DNA of 32,000 nucleotides from Cereibacter sphaeroides 2.4.1 (GTDB lineage: Bacteria > Pseudomonadota > Alphaproteobacteria > Rhodobacterales > Rhodobacteraceae). This document shows positions 19,373 through 28,070 of the stretch, in pieces. Every line of letters begins with the position of its first letter. Positions within the stretch are counted from its first letter, which is position 1. Position numbers and translations under genes: made by a program. The stretch spans positions 240,001-272,000 of the forward strand of contig NC_007494.2 of assembly GCF_000012905.2 (NCBI RefSeq), in the 5' to 3' direction. The notes beneath the pieces are model-generated. The model saw only the letters and a list, made by a program, of their open reading frames with translations. It had not been told where the DNA came from and searched no databases.

Positions 19373-21588
19373 CCGCTCATCTCGTATTCGACGAGCCCGA
19401 CAAGCGTAACCGGCTGGATGCCATGGCGCAGGAGGTGGTCGGGCGCCCCATCGACCGCTCTGAAGGCGCGCTGAAAGTGTCCGGACGGGCCGTCTATGCG
19501 GCCGAACAGGCGTCGAGCCTTTGGTCCGAGAAGCGCGCCGACTGCGCTTACGGCGTCTTCGTGCGGGCCACCGTGCCCTTGGGCCGGGTCGCTTCGCTTG
19601 CCTCCGACGCGGCGCGCGCGGTTCCCGGCGTGCTGAAGGTGCTGCAGGATCCCCGCCTCGTGCGCCATCCGGCGCAGGGCATGGCGCGGAAGTCGCCGCC
19701 GCAGGATCCGTCCGAGGTCACCTATTTCGGCCAGCCCCTCGCGCTGGTGGTGGCGGAGAGCTTCGAGGCCGCCCGCGAAGCCGCGCGGCTGGTGCGGGTG
19801 GACTACGAGACCTCGGCCGACGCCGAGCTCGACCCCGCCCAGGCGCCGTCCGAATTCCCCGAGAAGAAGCAGTCGGCGCAGGGGGATCTGGAGGCCGCCC
19901 TGCGCGAGGCCGCCGTTTCGCTCGATGCGACCTACAGCACCCCCTCGATGGCCGCCGCCGCGATGGAACCGCACGCGGCCCTCGCCTGGTGGGAGGGCGA
20001 CCGGGTGACGCTCTGCGGCGCCTATCAGATGGTGTCGCAGAATGCCGAGGAACTGGCCGATGCGCTGGGGATCGCGCCCGAGAAGGTGCGGGTTCTCGCG
20101 CCCTTCATCGGCGGCGGCTTCGGCTCGAAGCTCGGGATCGCGCCCGAGGCCGTGGCGGCGGCCGTGGCGTCCGAGACGCTCGGCCGGCCGGTGATGGTGA
20201 CGCTCGCCCGGCAGCGGGAGTTCGAGATTGCCCACCGCCGCTCCGAAACCGAGCAGCGGGTGCGCCTCGCCCTCGACGCGGACGGACGGCTCACCGGGAT
20301 CGGGCACGAGGCGCGGGTGTCGAACCTCGACGGGGAGAGCTTCTCCGAGCCCGTGCAGCAGGCGACCCATTTCACCTATCGCGGCGAGCATCGTCAGATC
20401 CGGCACGAGGTGGCGCGGGTGAACCTCACCTGCGCGGGGTCGGTGCGCGCGCCGGGCGAGGCGGTGGGGGTCACGATCTTCGAGATGGCGCTGGACGAGC
20501 TGGCCGAGAAGGCGGGCCTCGATCCGCTCGAGCTGCGGCTTCGCAATATTCCCGAAGAGGATCCCGAGACCGGCAAGCCCTTCACCTCGCACATGCTGGC
20601 CGAGGCGCTGCGGGACGGCGCCGACCGCTTCGGCTGGTCGGACCGGCGCGCGCCGGGCGAGCGGCGGCAGGGCGAGTGGCTGATCGGGATGGGCATGGCC
20701 TCGGCCGTGCGGGTGAACATGCTGCACAAGGCGCGCGTGCGCGTCACGCTGACGGGCGAGGGCGCCCTCGTCGAGAGCAGCATGACCGACATCGGGACGG
20801 GCACCTACACGATCCTCACCCAGATCGTGGCCGAGATGCTGGGCCTCGCGCCCGACCGGGTGCGCACCGTCCTCGGCGACACCGATCTGCCGGAGGGCTC
20901 CGGCTCGGGCGGCTCGATCGGCGCGGCCTCGAACGGCTCGGCCGCGTTCCTCGCCTGCGAGGAGATTCGCCGGCAGATCGCGGCGGGGATGGGCTGCCCC
21001 GAGGAGGAGTTGACCCTGAAGGACGGGCGCGCCACCTGCGGCAACCGGACCCGCGATCTGGCCGAGATCGTGACCCAGCCGCTGTCGGCCGAGGGCCATT
21101 TCGAGCCCGGCAAGGCCTTGAAGGGCGTCCGCAGCTCGACCTTTGGCGCGCATTTCGCCGAAGTGGCGGTCAACGAGATCACGGGAGAGGTGCGCGTGCG
21201 CCGGATGCTGGGCGCCTTTGCCGCCGGGCGGATCCTGAACGAGAAGACCGCCCGCTCGCAATGTCTGGGCGGGATGACCTTCGGCATCGGCATGGCGCTG
21301 ATGGAAGAGATGGTGCACGACCGCCGCTTCGGTCAGGTGGTGAGCCGGGATCTGGCGAACTACCATATCCCCGCCCATGCCGACGTGCCCGCATTGGAGG
21401 TTCACTTCCTCGAAGAGCGCGACAGCTACGGCGGCACGCTTCAGGCCAAGGGGATCGGGGAACTCGGGATCTGCGGATCGGGGGCCGCCGTCCTCAACGC
21501 GATCCACAACGCCTGCGGCGTCCGGGTGCGCGATCTGCCGGCCACGCCGGACAAGGTGCTGGACGGCCTCTGCGCCCTCGGGCGGTAG
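19369..21588 (+). CDS. molybdenum hydroxylase molybdopterin-binding large subunit (PaoC/YagR-like)
   Basis: 739 aa starting at ATG 19369 (ATGA overlap). GGGFGSK, the long aldehyde oxidase/xanthine dehydrogenase a/b hammerhead and MoCo-binding domains, GIGELG near the C-terminus. Confidence 0.9.
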   Translation: MTAHLVFDEPDKRNRLDAMAQEVVGRPIDRSEGALKVSGRAVYAAEQASSLWSEKRADCAYGVFVRATVPLGRVASLASDAARAVPGVLKVLQDPRLVRHPAQGMARKSPPQDPSEVTYFGQPLALVVAESFEAAREAARLVRVDYETSADAELDPAQAPSEFPEKKQSAQGDLEAALREAAVSLDATYSTPSMAAAAMEPHAALAWWEGDRVTLCGAYQMVSQNAEELADALGIAPEKVRVLAPFIGGGFGSKLGIAPEAVAAAVASETLGRPVMVTLARQREFEIAHRRSETEQRVRLALDADGRLTGIGHEARVSNLDGESFSEPVQQATHFTYRGEHRQIRHEVARVNLTCAGSVRAPGEAVGVTIFEMALDELAEKAGLDPLELRLRNIPEEDPETGKPFTSHMLAEALRDGADRFGWSDRRAPGERRQGEWLIGMGMASAVRVNMLHKARVRVTLTGEGALVESSMTDIGTGTYTILTQIVAEMLGLAPDRVRTVLGDTDLPEGSGSGGSIGAASNGSAAFLACEEIRRQIAAGMGCPEEELTLKDGRATCGNRTRDLAEIVTQPLSAEGHFEPGKALKGVRSSTFGAHFAEVAVNEITGEVRVRRMLGAFAAGRILNEKTARSQCLGGMTFGIGMALMEEMVHDRRFGQVVSRDLANYHIPAHADVPALEVHFLEERDSYGGTLQAKGIGELGICGSGAAVLNAIHNACGVRVRDLPATPDKVLDGLCALGR

Positions 21589-21597
21589 GACCGGACT

Positions 21598-21624
21598 TGC
21601 GGGCAGGCTGATGGCCTGCCCGCA
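21598..21624 (+). terminator. hairpin after the Mo-hydroxylase operon
   Basis: TGCGGGCAGGC-tgatg-GCCTGCCCGCA, an 11-bp perfect stem 10 nt after the stop. No U-tract. Confidence 0.5.
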
Positions 21625-21811
21625 GACCGTCGGAAAGCATGCCAAGGGCAGGGACGTCGGCGTCCCACACTGCCGACAAAGCTTAATCCTGCTGCTTTTC
21701 CAAGCGCGATGCTTCTGTCGCGCCCAACGAACGGGCATTGGCGTCCGCGCAGCGCCCCGCGCGGACGACCCATCGCTTGCTGCGACGGCTTATCCCTTGC
21801 CGCCGCAGATC

Positions 21812-21839
21812 GTATGATCGAGCCTGCGATCGTTCATAC
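21812..21839. promoter_or_regulatory. NikR-type operator GTATGA-N16-TCATAC
   Basis: Exact GTATGA (21812-21817), a 16-nt spacer, exact TCATAC (21834-21839), ending 12 nt before the nikK ATG. The left half-site overlaps a TATGAT -10-like hexamer. Confidence 0.7.
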
Positions 21840-21851
21840 GGATGGGTGCCG

Positions 21852-22622
21852 ATGCTGCTTTCTTCCCGGCCGCTTCTTGCGGCGCTCCTGCTGGCGGGCC
21901 TTGCCTCGCCGGTCCACGCACATTTTCAGGAGATCCTGCCGTCGGACGACGTGCTGCCCGACGGGGGCGCCGTGACGCTCGATCTCCTCTTCACCCATCC
22001 GTTCGAGGGCGGTCCCGCGATGGAGATGGCGCGTCCCGCCGCCGTGGGCGTGCTGGCGCACGGCACCCGCACCGACCTGTCGGCCGCGCTGGAGGAGACC
22101 GCGACCGGCGAGGCCCGAAGCTGGCGTCTCAGCCACACGCTCGACCAGCCGGGCGCCGCCGTCTTCTACGTCACGCCCGAACCCTACTGGGAGCCCGCGG
22201 AGGGCAAGTTCATCGTCCATCACGCGAAGGTGGTGGTCGATGCCTATGCGAGCGGCGAGGGCTGGGACGAGATGGTGGGCCTGCCGGTGGAGATCCGCCC
22301 GCTGACGCGGCCGACCGGGCTCTGGACCGGCAACCTCTTCACCGGCGTGGTGACGAAGGCCGGCGCGCCGGTTCCTCACGCCGAGGTCGAGGTGGAGTTC
22401 GTGAACACGGCCGGGATCCCCGCGCCGAACGATGCCTACATCACGCAGGTCCTCCGGGCGGATGCGAGCGGCACCTTCTCCTACGCGATGCCCTTCGAAG
22501 GCTGGTGGGGCTTTGCCGCGCTGATCGAGGCGGACGATCCGATGGTCTCGCCCGAGGGCACAGAAGTGCCGGTCGAGGAGGGCGCGCTGATCTGGGTGCG
22601 CACCCGCAAGGCGGGTGAGTGA
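21852..22622 (+). CDS. nikK: NikK-type periplasmic component of a Nik ECF transporter (DUF4198)
   Basis: Internal ATG at 21852. 256 aa with signal peptide MLLSSRPLLAALLLAGLASPVHA followed by HFQE. All-beta-looking sequence typical of DUF4198, the nickel-uptake periplasmic component. Confidence 0.75.
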   Translation: MLLSSRPLLAALLLAGLASPVHAHFQEILPSDDVLPDGGAVTLDLLFTHPFEGGPAMEMARPAAVGVLAHGTRTDLSAALEETATGEARSWRLSHTLDQPGAAVFYVTPEPYWEPAEGKFIVHHAKVVVDAYASGEGWDEMVGLPVEIRPLTRPTGLWTGNLFTGVVTKAGAPVPHAEVEVEFVNTAGIPAPNDAYITQVLRADASGTFSYAMPFEGWWGFAALIEADDPMVSPEGTEVPVEEGALIWVRTRKAGE

Positions 22623-22623
22623 G

Positions 22624-23241
22624 ATGCACATCCCCGACGGCATCCTGACGCTGCCCGTCCTTGCGGCGGGCGGTGCGCTGGCGGTAGTCGGCGTGGGCCT
22701 AGGTCTCCGCGGGCTGGACGACCGGGGGATCCCGCGGGTGGCGCTCCTGTCGGCGGTTTTCTTCGCGGCCTCGCTCGTGTCGGTGCCGGTGGGGCCGTCG
22801 AGCGTGCATCTGCTTTTGTCCGGATTGATGGGGCTGGTGCTGGGCCTCGGGATCTTCCCGGCGGTTCTGGTGGCGCTGGCCCTGCAGGCGGTGCTGTTCG
22901 GCTTCGGCGGGCTCACGACGCTCGGCGTCAACACGGTGAACATCGCCCTGCCGGGCGCGGCGGCGGGACTCCTGCTCGGCCCGCTCGTGCGGCGGCAGAC
23001 CTCTCCCTTAGTCGCGGGCGTGCTCGCCGGGGTAGGCTCGGCCCTCTGCATCTTCGCCTCCGGCGGCGGCGTGGCGCTGACGCTCTGGCTCTCGTCGTCG
23101 GATTTCGTGCCGGTGGCGCGGGTGCTGCTCGTGACCTGCCTGCCGCTCGCGCTGGTCGAGGCGGCCGTGGCGGGCATGGTCGTGGCCTTCCTGATGCGCG
23201 TCGAGCCGCGGATGCTGCAGCCGTCCGCCGGAGGGGCCTGA
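22624..23241 (+). CDS. nikM: NikM/CbiM substrate-capture (S) component
   Basis: 205 aa beginning MHIPDG. In CbiM/NikM the N-terminal Met-His is the metal ligand, so ATG 22624 is preferred to the GTG at 22615 used by the track. Multi-TM protein. Confidence 0.85.
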   Translation: MHIPDGILTLPVLAAGGALAVVGVGLGLRGLDDRGIPRVALLSAVFFAASLVSVPVGPSSVHLLLSGLMGLVLGLGIFPAVLVALALQAVLFGFGGLTTLGVNTVNIALPGAAAGLLLGPLVRRQTSPLVAGVLAGVGSALCIFASGGGVALTLWLSSSDFVPVARVLLVTCLPLALVEAAVAGMVVAFLMRVEPRMLQPSAGGA

Positions 23242-23242
23242 G

Positions 23243-23832
<590 letters not shown>

Positions 23833-23836
<4 letters not shown>

Positions 23837-24543
23837 TCCTGCCCGACGATCTGAGGCTCCGGCTGCTGGCCGGTCTGGGCCTTCTTCTTCTCATCGCGCC
23901 GCTGGCCCATCCGGGGCCTGCCGCCGCGGCGGTGGCCGCGGCGCTTGCGCTCTTCGCCGCCGAGCGGCGGGCAGTGCCCTGGCGCAGGCTCTGGCATCTC
24001 GAGGCCTTCCTGCTCCTCCTCCTCCTGACGCTGCCCTTCACCGTGCCGGGTCCGCCCCTCTGGCAGTGGGGGCCGCTCCGCCTCAGCGCCGAGGGGCTTG
24101 CCCGCACGCTGGTGATCGGGCTGAAGGTCACCGCCTCGGTCCTGCTGCTCGCGCTGCTTCTCGGCTCGGCCGAGCCCGAGCGGATCGGTGCGGCGCTGCG
24201 GTCGCTCGGGCTGCCCGAGGCGCTCGTGCGGATCCATCTCGGGCTCGTGCGTTATCTCGGCCTCATCCGCGACGAGATGCGGCGTCTGCAGGAGGCGATG
24301 CGGCTCCGCGCCTTTCGCCCGCGGTCGGGCTGGCACAGCTGGCGCAGCTACGGCCATCTGGTGGGCATGATGCTGGTGCGCGCCCATGCCCGGGCCGAGC
24401 GGGTGGAGGAGGCGATGCGGCTGCGCCATGCCTCGGGCCGGTTCCTGCGGCCGGACCTGCCGCCGCCCGCGCTGCGCGACTGGCGGGGCGGGGCCCTGCT
24501 GCTCGCGCTGGGGGCGGGGCTTCTCTGGTGGGACCGGACATGA
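23833..24543 (+). CDS. nikQ: CbiQ/NikQ ECF transporter T component
   Basis: 236 aa, ATGA overlap with nikL. Hydrophobic, with the Arg-rich coupling helices RIHLGLVRYLGLIRDEMRRLQEAMRLR typical of EcfT/CbiQ. Confidence 0.8.
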
Positions 24544-25304
24544 GCCCGCTTCTGAGCCTCGACGCCGTGCACCTCGCGCGCGACGGACGCCCGGTGCTGG
24601 CCGGCGCTTCTGTTACCCTGCACCCCGGCGAGCGGCTTGCCATCCTCGGCGCGAACGGCAGCGGCAAGACCACGCTCCTGCGCACGCTCGTGGGGCTCGA
24701 ACGGCCGGCCGCAGGGCGGGTGTGCCTCTTCGGCGAAGACTGCCGCAGCGAGGCGCAGTTCCGCGTGGCGCGGCGGCGCATGGGCTTTCTCTTTCAGGAC
24801 AGCGACGATCAGCTCTTCTGTCCGACGGTGCTCGAGGACGTGGCCTTCGGCCCGCTGAACCTCGGGCTGAGCGACGGGCGCGCGCGCGCGACCGCCATGG
24901 AGGCGCTTGCGGCGCTGGGGCTGGCGTCGCTCGCAGACCGGGTGACGCATCGCCTCTCGGGCGGCGAGAAACGGCTCGTGTGCCTCGCGGGGCTTCTTGC
25001 CATGCGGCCCGAGGTGCTTCTGCTCGACGAGCCGACCAATGGCGTCGATGGCGAGAACGGCCGACGGCTGCGGGCCGCCCTTGCGGCCTTCGAGGGCGCG
25101 ATGATCCTCGTCTCGCATGACGAGAGCCTCGTGGGGGATCTCGCCACGCGGGCGATGGAACTCCGCGCCGGGCGGCTCGCGCCGCGGCTGCTCCACAGCC
25201 CCATCTCAGAGCAGAACGGACCGGATCGCCAGTGCGACGAGCGAGACGACCGCCACGCCCCCGAACCAGAGGAGGACGAACCAGCCCACCCGGCGCATCA
25301 GTGA
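24540..25304 (+). CDS. nikO: CbiO/NikO ECF transporter ATPase
   Basis: ATG at 24540 (ATGA overlap). Walker A GANGSGKTT, Q-loop FQDSDDQ, signature LSGGEKR, Walker B LLLDEPT, H-loop VSHD. About 40 low-complexity C-terminal residues are read antisense to the cyd mini-gene. Confidence 0.85.
   Translation: MSPLLSLDAVHLARDGRPVLAGASVTLHPGERLAILGANGSGKTTLLRTLVGLERPAAGRVCLFGEDCRSEAQFRVARRRMGFLFQDSDDQLFCPTVLEDVAFGPLNLGLSDGRARATAMEALAALGLASLADRVTHRLSGGEKRLVCLAGLLAMRPEVLLLDEPTNGVDGENGRRLRAALAAFEGAMILVSHDESLVGDLATRAMELRAGRLAPRLLHSPISEQNGPDRQCDERDDRHAPEPEEDEPAHPAHQ
25206..25298 (-). CDS. DUF2474-like small membrane protein downstream of cydB
   Basis: 30 aa MRRVGWFVLLWFGGVAVVSLVALAIRSVLL. 28/30 codons end in G/C. 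ATG shares one base with the cydB TGA (TGATG). Single TM helix, as in the small proteins that follow cydB/cioB in alphaproteobacteria. Confidence 0.5.
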   Translation of the reverse strand: MRRVGWFVLLWFGGVAVVSLVALAIRSVLL

Positions 25305-26305
25305 TAGCCTTCGTCGGCGTCGATCTTCCCGCGGAACACCCAGTAGGTATAGGCCGTATAGGTGAGGATGATCGGCACCAGCACCAGCGTGCCCACCAGC
25401 GTGAAGAGAAGGCTCTCGTCCGGGGCCGCCGCCTCGACGATGGTCAGCTCGGGCGGCACCATCATCGGGTAGAAGCTGATCCCGATGCCCACGAAGCCCA
25501 GAACGAAGAAGCCGAGCGCGCAGAGGAAGGGCGCCACATCGTCGCCTCGCTCGAGGCCCCGCCACAGCCGCAGCGCAAGCAGCGCCACCAGCACCGGAAC
25601 GGCGAGGGTCCAGACCATCGTGGGCCAGCGGAACCAGCGCTCGGCATAGACGGCATCCTGCAGCGGCGTGAAGAGGCTCACGAGCCCGAGGAAGGCGAGC
25701 GTCGCGAAGGACAGCGGCCGCGCGAGCTGGCGCATGTGGGTCTGGACGCGGCCCTCGAGCTTCATGTTGCACCATGTGGCGCCGAGAAGCCCGTAGCCCG
25801 TGGCGACCGCGAAGCCCGTCAGCAGCGAGAAGGGCGTGAGCCAGTCGAACCAGCCGCCCGCATAGGCGCGGTTCTCGACCTCGATCCCCTGCACGATGGC
25901 GCCAAGTGCGATCCCCTGCATCAGCGCCGCCACCAGCGAGCCCATCGCGAAGGACCAGTCCCAGAGCCGCTTCCAGCGCACCGTCCGCCAGCGGTATTCG
26001 AAGGCCACCCCGCGGAAGACCAGTGCGAGCAGCATCGCCACGATGGGCGCATAGAGCGCGGGCATCACCACCGCATAGGCCAGCGGAAAGACCGCGAAGA
26101 GCCCGCCGCCGCCCAGCACCAGCCAGGTCTCGTTGCCGTCCCAGATGGGGGCGACCGAGTTCATCATCACGTCCCGCTCGCGCTCGTCCTTGGCGAAGGG
26201 AAAGAGGATGCCCACCCCCAGATCGAACCCGTCGAGGATCACATAGACGAGCACGGCGAAGGCGATGATCCCGGCCCAGATGAAGGAAAGCTCCAGTCCC
26301 AGCAT
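25298..26305 (-). CDS. cydB: cytochrome bd-type quinol oxidase subunit II
   Basis: 335 aa MLGLELSFIWAGIIAFAVLVYVILDGFDLGVGIL...WDGNETWLV. Start lies 1 nt after the cydA stop. Confidence 0.9.
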   Translation of the reverse strand: MLGLELSFIWAGIIAFAVLVYVILDGFDLGVGILFPFAKDERERDVMMNSVAPIWDGNETWLVLGGGGLFAVFPLAYAVVMPALYAPIVAMLLALVFRGVAFEYRWRTVRWKRLWDWSFAMGSLVAALMQGIALGAIVQGIEVENRAYAGGWFDWLTPFSLLTGFAVATGYGLLGATWCNMKLEGRVQTHMRQLARPLSFATLAFLGLVSLFTPLQDAVYAERWFRWPTMVWTLAVPVLVALLALRLWRGLERGDDVAPFLCALGFFVLGFVGIGISFYPMMVPPELTIVEAAAPDESLLFTLVGTLVLVPIILTYTAYTYWVFRGKIDADEGYH

Positions 26306-26306
26306 G

Positions 26307-27704
26307 TCAGTCGCTCCTCTCGCGCGGGTCCTCGTGCAGGCCGGGCGTTATGCCCGCCGTGCGGATCGGCCCGTCGCGCAGGCCCATGCGCTCGGTTCCG
26401 GGCGTCATCGACATCATGCGCAGCAGGTAAAAGGTGCCAGCCCCGAAGACGAAGAAATAGACCACGATGAAGGCCACGAGCGACGTGCCCACCGCCGAGG
26501 CATCGAGCGGCGAGAGGCTGTCTGCGGTGCGCAGATGCCCGTAGACCGTCCAGGGCTGGCGGCCGACCTCGGTCGTGATCCAGCCCGCGAGCACGGCCAC
26601 GAAGCCCGCGGGCCCCATCGCGAGCGCCGCGCGGTGCAGCGCCTTCCAGTCGTAGAGCCGGCCGCGGAAGCGCGCCCAGAGCGACCAGAGCCCGAGACCC
26701 AGCATCAGCATCCCGAGCGTGACCATCACGCGGAACGACCAGAAGACGATGGCCACCGGGGGCTGTTCGTCGCGCGGCACCCCGTCGAGCCCGTCGAGCG
26801 GCGCGTTCAGCGAATGTTTCAGGATCAGGCTCGAGAGCTTGGGGATCTCGACCGACCAGCGCATCTCCTGCGCTTCCTGATCGGGCAGGCCGAACAGGAT
26901 CAGCGGCGCGCCCTCGGGGTGGCTTTCGAAATGGCCCTCCATCGCCATGACCTTCACCGGCTGATGCTCGAGCGTGTTCAGCCCGTGCATGTCGCCCGCG
27001 AGGATCTGGATCGGCGCCACCACGAGGATCATCCCGGTCGCCATCGAGAACATGCGCCGCGTGGCCGGGTTGGTCCGGTCGCGCAGCAGATGGTAACCCG
27101 CCGTTCCCGCCACCACAAGCGCGGTGGTGAGATAGGCCGCCAGCACCATATGCACGAGCCGGTAGGGGAAGGAGGGGTTGAAGATGATGGCCCACCAGTC
27201 CTCGGGCAGGAACTGGCCGTTCTCGCCCATCGAGAAGCCCGCGGGCGTGTGCATCCAGCTGTTCACCGCGAGGATCCAGGTGGCCGAGATCAGCGTGCCG
27301 ATGGCGACCATGGCGGTCGCCAGCATGTGCAGCCCGTCGCCCACGCGCTTGCGTCCGAAGAGCATGATCCCGAGGAAGCCCGCCTCGAGGAAGAAGGCCG
27401 TCAGCACCTCGTAGGCCATGAGCGGGCCCACCACCGGCCCGGCCCGGTCCGAGAAGACCGCCCAGTTGGTGCCGAACTGGTAAGACATGACGATGCCCGA
27501 GACGACCCCCATGCCGAAGGCCACGGCGAAGATCTTCTTCCAGTGATTGAAGAGCTTGAGGTAGGTCTCGTCCTTTGTCCTCAGCCAGAGCACGTTCAGC
27601 ACGGCAAGGAAGCTCGCCAGCCCGATCGAGAAGGCGGGAAAGATGATGTGGAACGACACGGTGAAGGCGAACTGTATCCGTGCCAGGATTTCCGCGGTCA
27701 GCAT
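26307..27704 (-). CDS. cydA: cytochrome bd-type quinol oxidase subunit I (short Q-loop, CIO/QxtA-like)
   Basis: 465 aa MLTAEILARIQFAFTVSFHIIFPAFSIGLA...GPLMAYEVLTAFFLEAGFLGIMLFG. The length is shorter than the roughly 520 aa of E. coli CydA, as in cyanide-insensitive/Qxt-type oxidases. Confidence 0.9.
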   Translation of the reverse strand: MLTAEILARIQFAFTVSFHIIFPAFSIGLASFLAVLNVLWLRTKDETYLKLFNHWKKIFAVAFGMGVVSGIVMSYQFGTNWAVFSDRAGPVVGPLMAYEVLTAFFLEAGFLGIMLFGRKRVGDGLHMLATAMVAIGTLISATWILAVNSWMHTPAGFSMGENGQFLPEDWWAIIFNPSFPYRLVHMVLAAYLTTALVVAGTAGYHLLRDRTNPATRRMFSMATGMILVVAPIQILAGDMHGLNTLEHQPVKVMAMEGHFESHPEGAPLILFGLPDQEAQEMRWSVEIPKLSSLILKHSLNAPLDGLDGVPRDEQPPVAIVFWSFRVMVTLGMLMLGLGLWSLWARFRGRLYDWKALHRAALAMGPAGFVAVLAGWITTEVGRQPWTVYGHLRTADSLSPLDASAVGTSLVAFIVVYFFVFGAGTFYLLRMMSMTPGTERMGLRDGPIRTAGITPGLHEDPRERSD

Positions 27705-28036
27705 GGTGTCTGCTCTCGTTTGTCCGGGCTCGATGCCCCATCTAGCGCCCGCGGGCCGAGGGCAAGCCGCTCACGAGAGTTTGCACATGCGAAACACCCC
27801 CTGCGCAGGTGCGGCACGAGGTCGCGGGCGCGCCGCGGCGAAGGCCGGTCGCGCAGGGAGAGCGGCGAGACAAACGCCTCGCGCAGGCTCCGCCCCCGGC
27901 GCGGCCACCAGAAATAGGGGCCGGTCGCCAGCAGAACGAGGCCGAGCCCGGCCGCCATCTCGATCAGCCCGTCGCCACAGCATCGGCGGGAGGCTTCCGC
28001 ATCGGCCGGACAGTCGGGGCAGCGGGATGCGCCCAT
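27698..28036 (-). CDS. questionable ORF: Cys-rich N-terminus plus one TM helix
   Basis: 112-aa ATG ORF. The first 60 codons have 51/60 G/C third positions and read MGASRCPDCPADAEASRRCCGDGLIEMAAGLGLVLLATGPYFWWPRRG. The rest is Arg-rich with lower GC3. The stop overlaps the cydA ATG (ATGCTGA). GAGGAG lies 12 nt upstream of the ATG. Confidence 0.2.
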   Translation of the reverse strand: MGASRCPDCPADAEASRRCCGDGLIEMAAGLGLVLLATGPYFWWPRRGRSLREAFVSPLSLRDRPSPRRARDLVPHLRRGCFACANSRERLALGPRALDGASSPDKREQTPC

Positions 28037-28070
28037 AGCGGGAGCAATCTCCTCGCGTTTATCGGGATCC

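Noticed and set aside
21651-21677. Two mutually exclusive small hairpins (GGGACG-tcgg-CGTCCC and GTCGGC...GCCGAC) suggesting an attenuator
   Set aside because: The stems are only 6 bp. There is no leader peptide or U-tract, and they lie upstream of the likely nikK promoter.
19288-21738. 816-aa minus-strand ORF and 696-aa plus-strand alternative frame over the Mo-hydroxylase large subunit
   Set aside because: Shadow frames. The annotated frame carries the recognisable MoCo-enzyme motifs and the ATGA coupling.
21626-21811. Possible cobalamin riboswitch upstream of the CbiMQO-like transporter
   Set aside because: I could not read a B12-box-like conserved core or the multi-stem architecture. 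The presence of an exact NikR operator argues for nickel/protein-based control. A covariance-model scan (Rfam cobalamin family) would settle it.
27779-27795. GTTTGCACATGCGAAAC near-palindrome upstream of cydA as a possible FNR/FnrL box
   Set aside because: It matches only about 5 of 10 consensus positions of TTGAT-N4-ATCAA and the dyad is imperfect. That is not enough to call.
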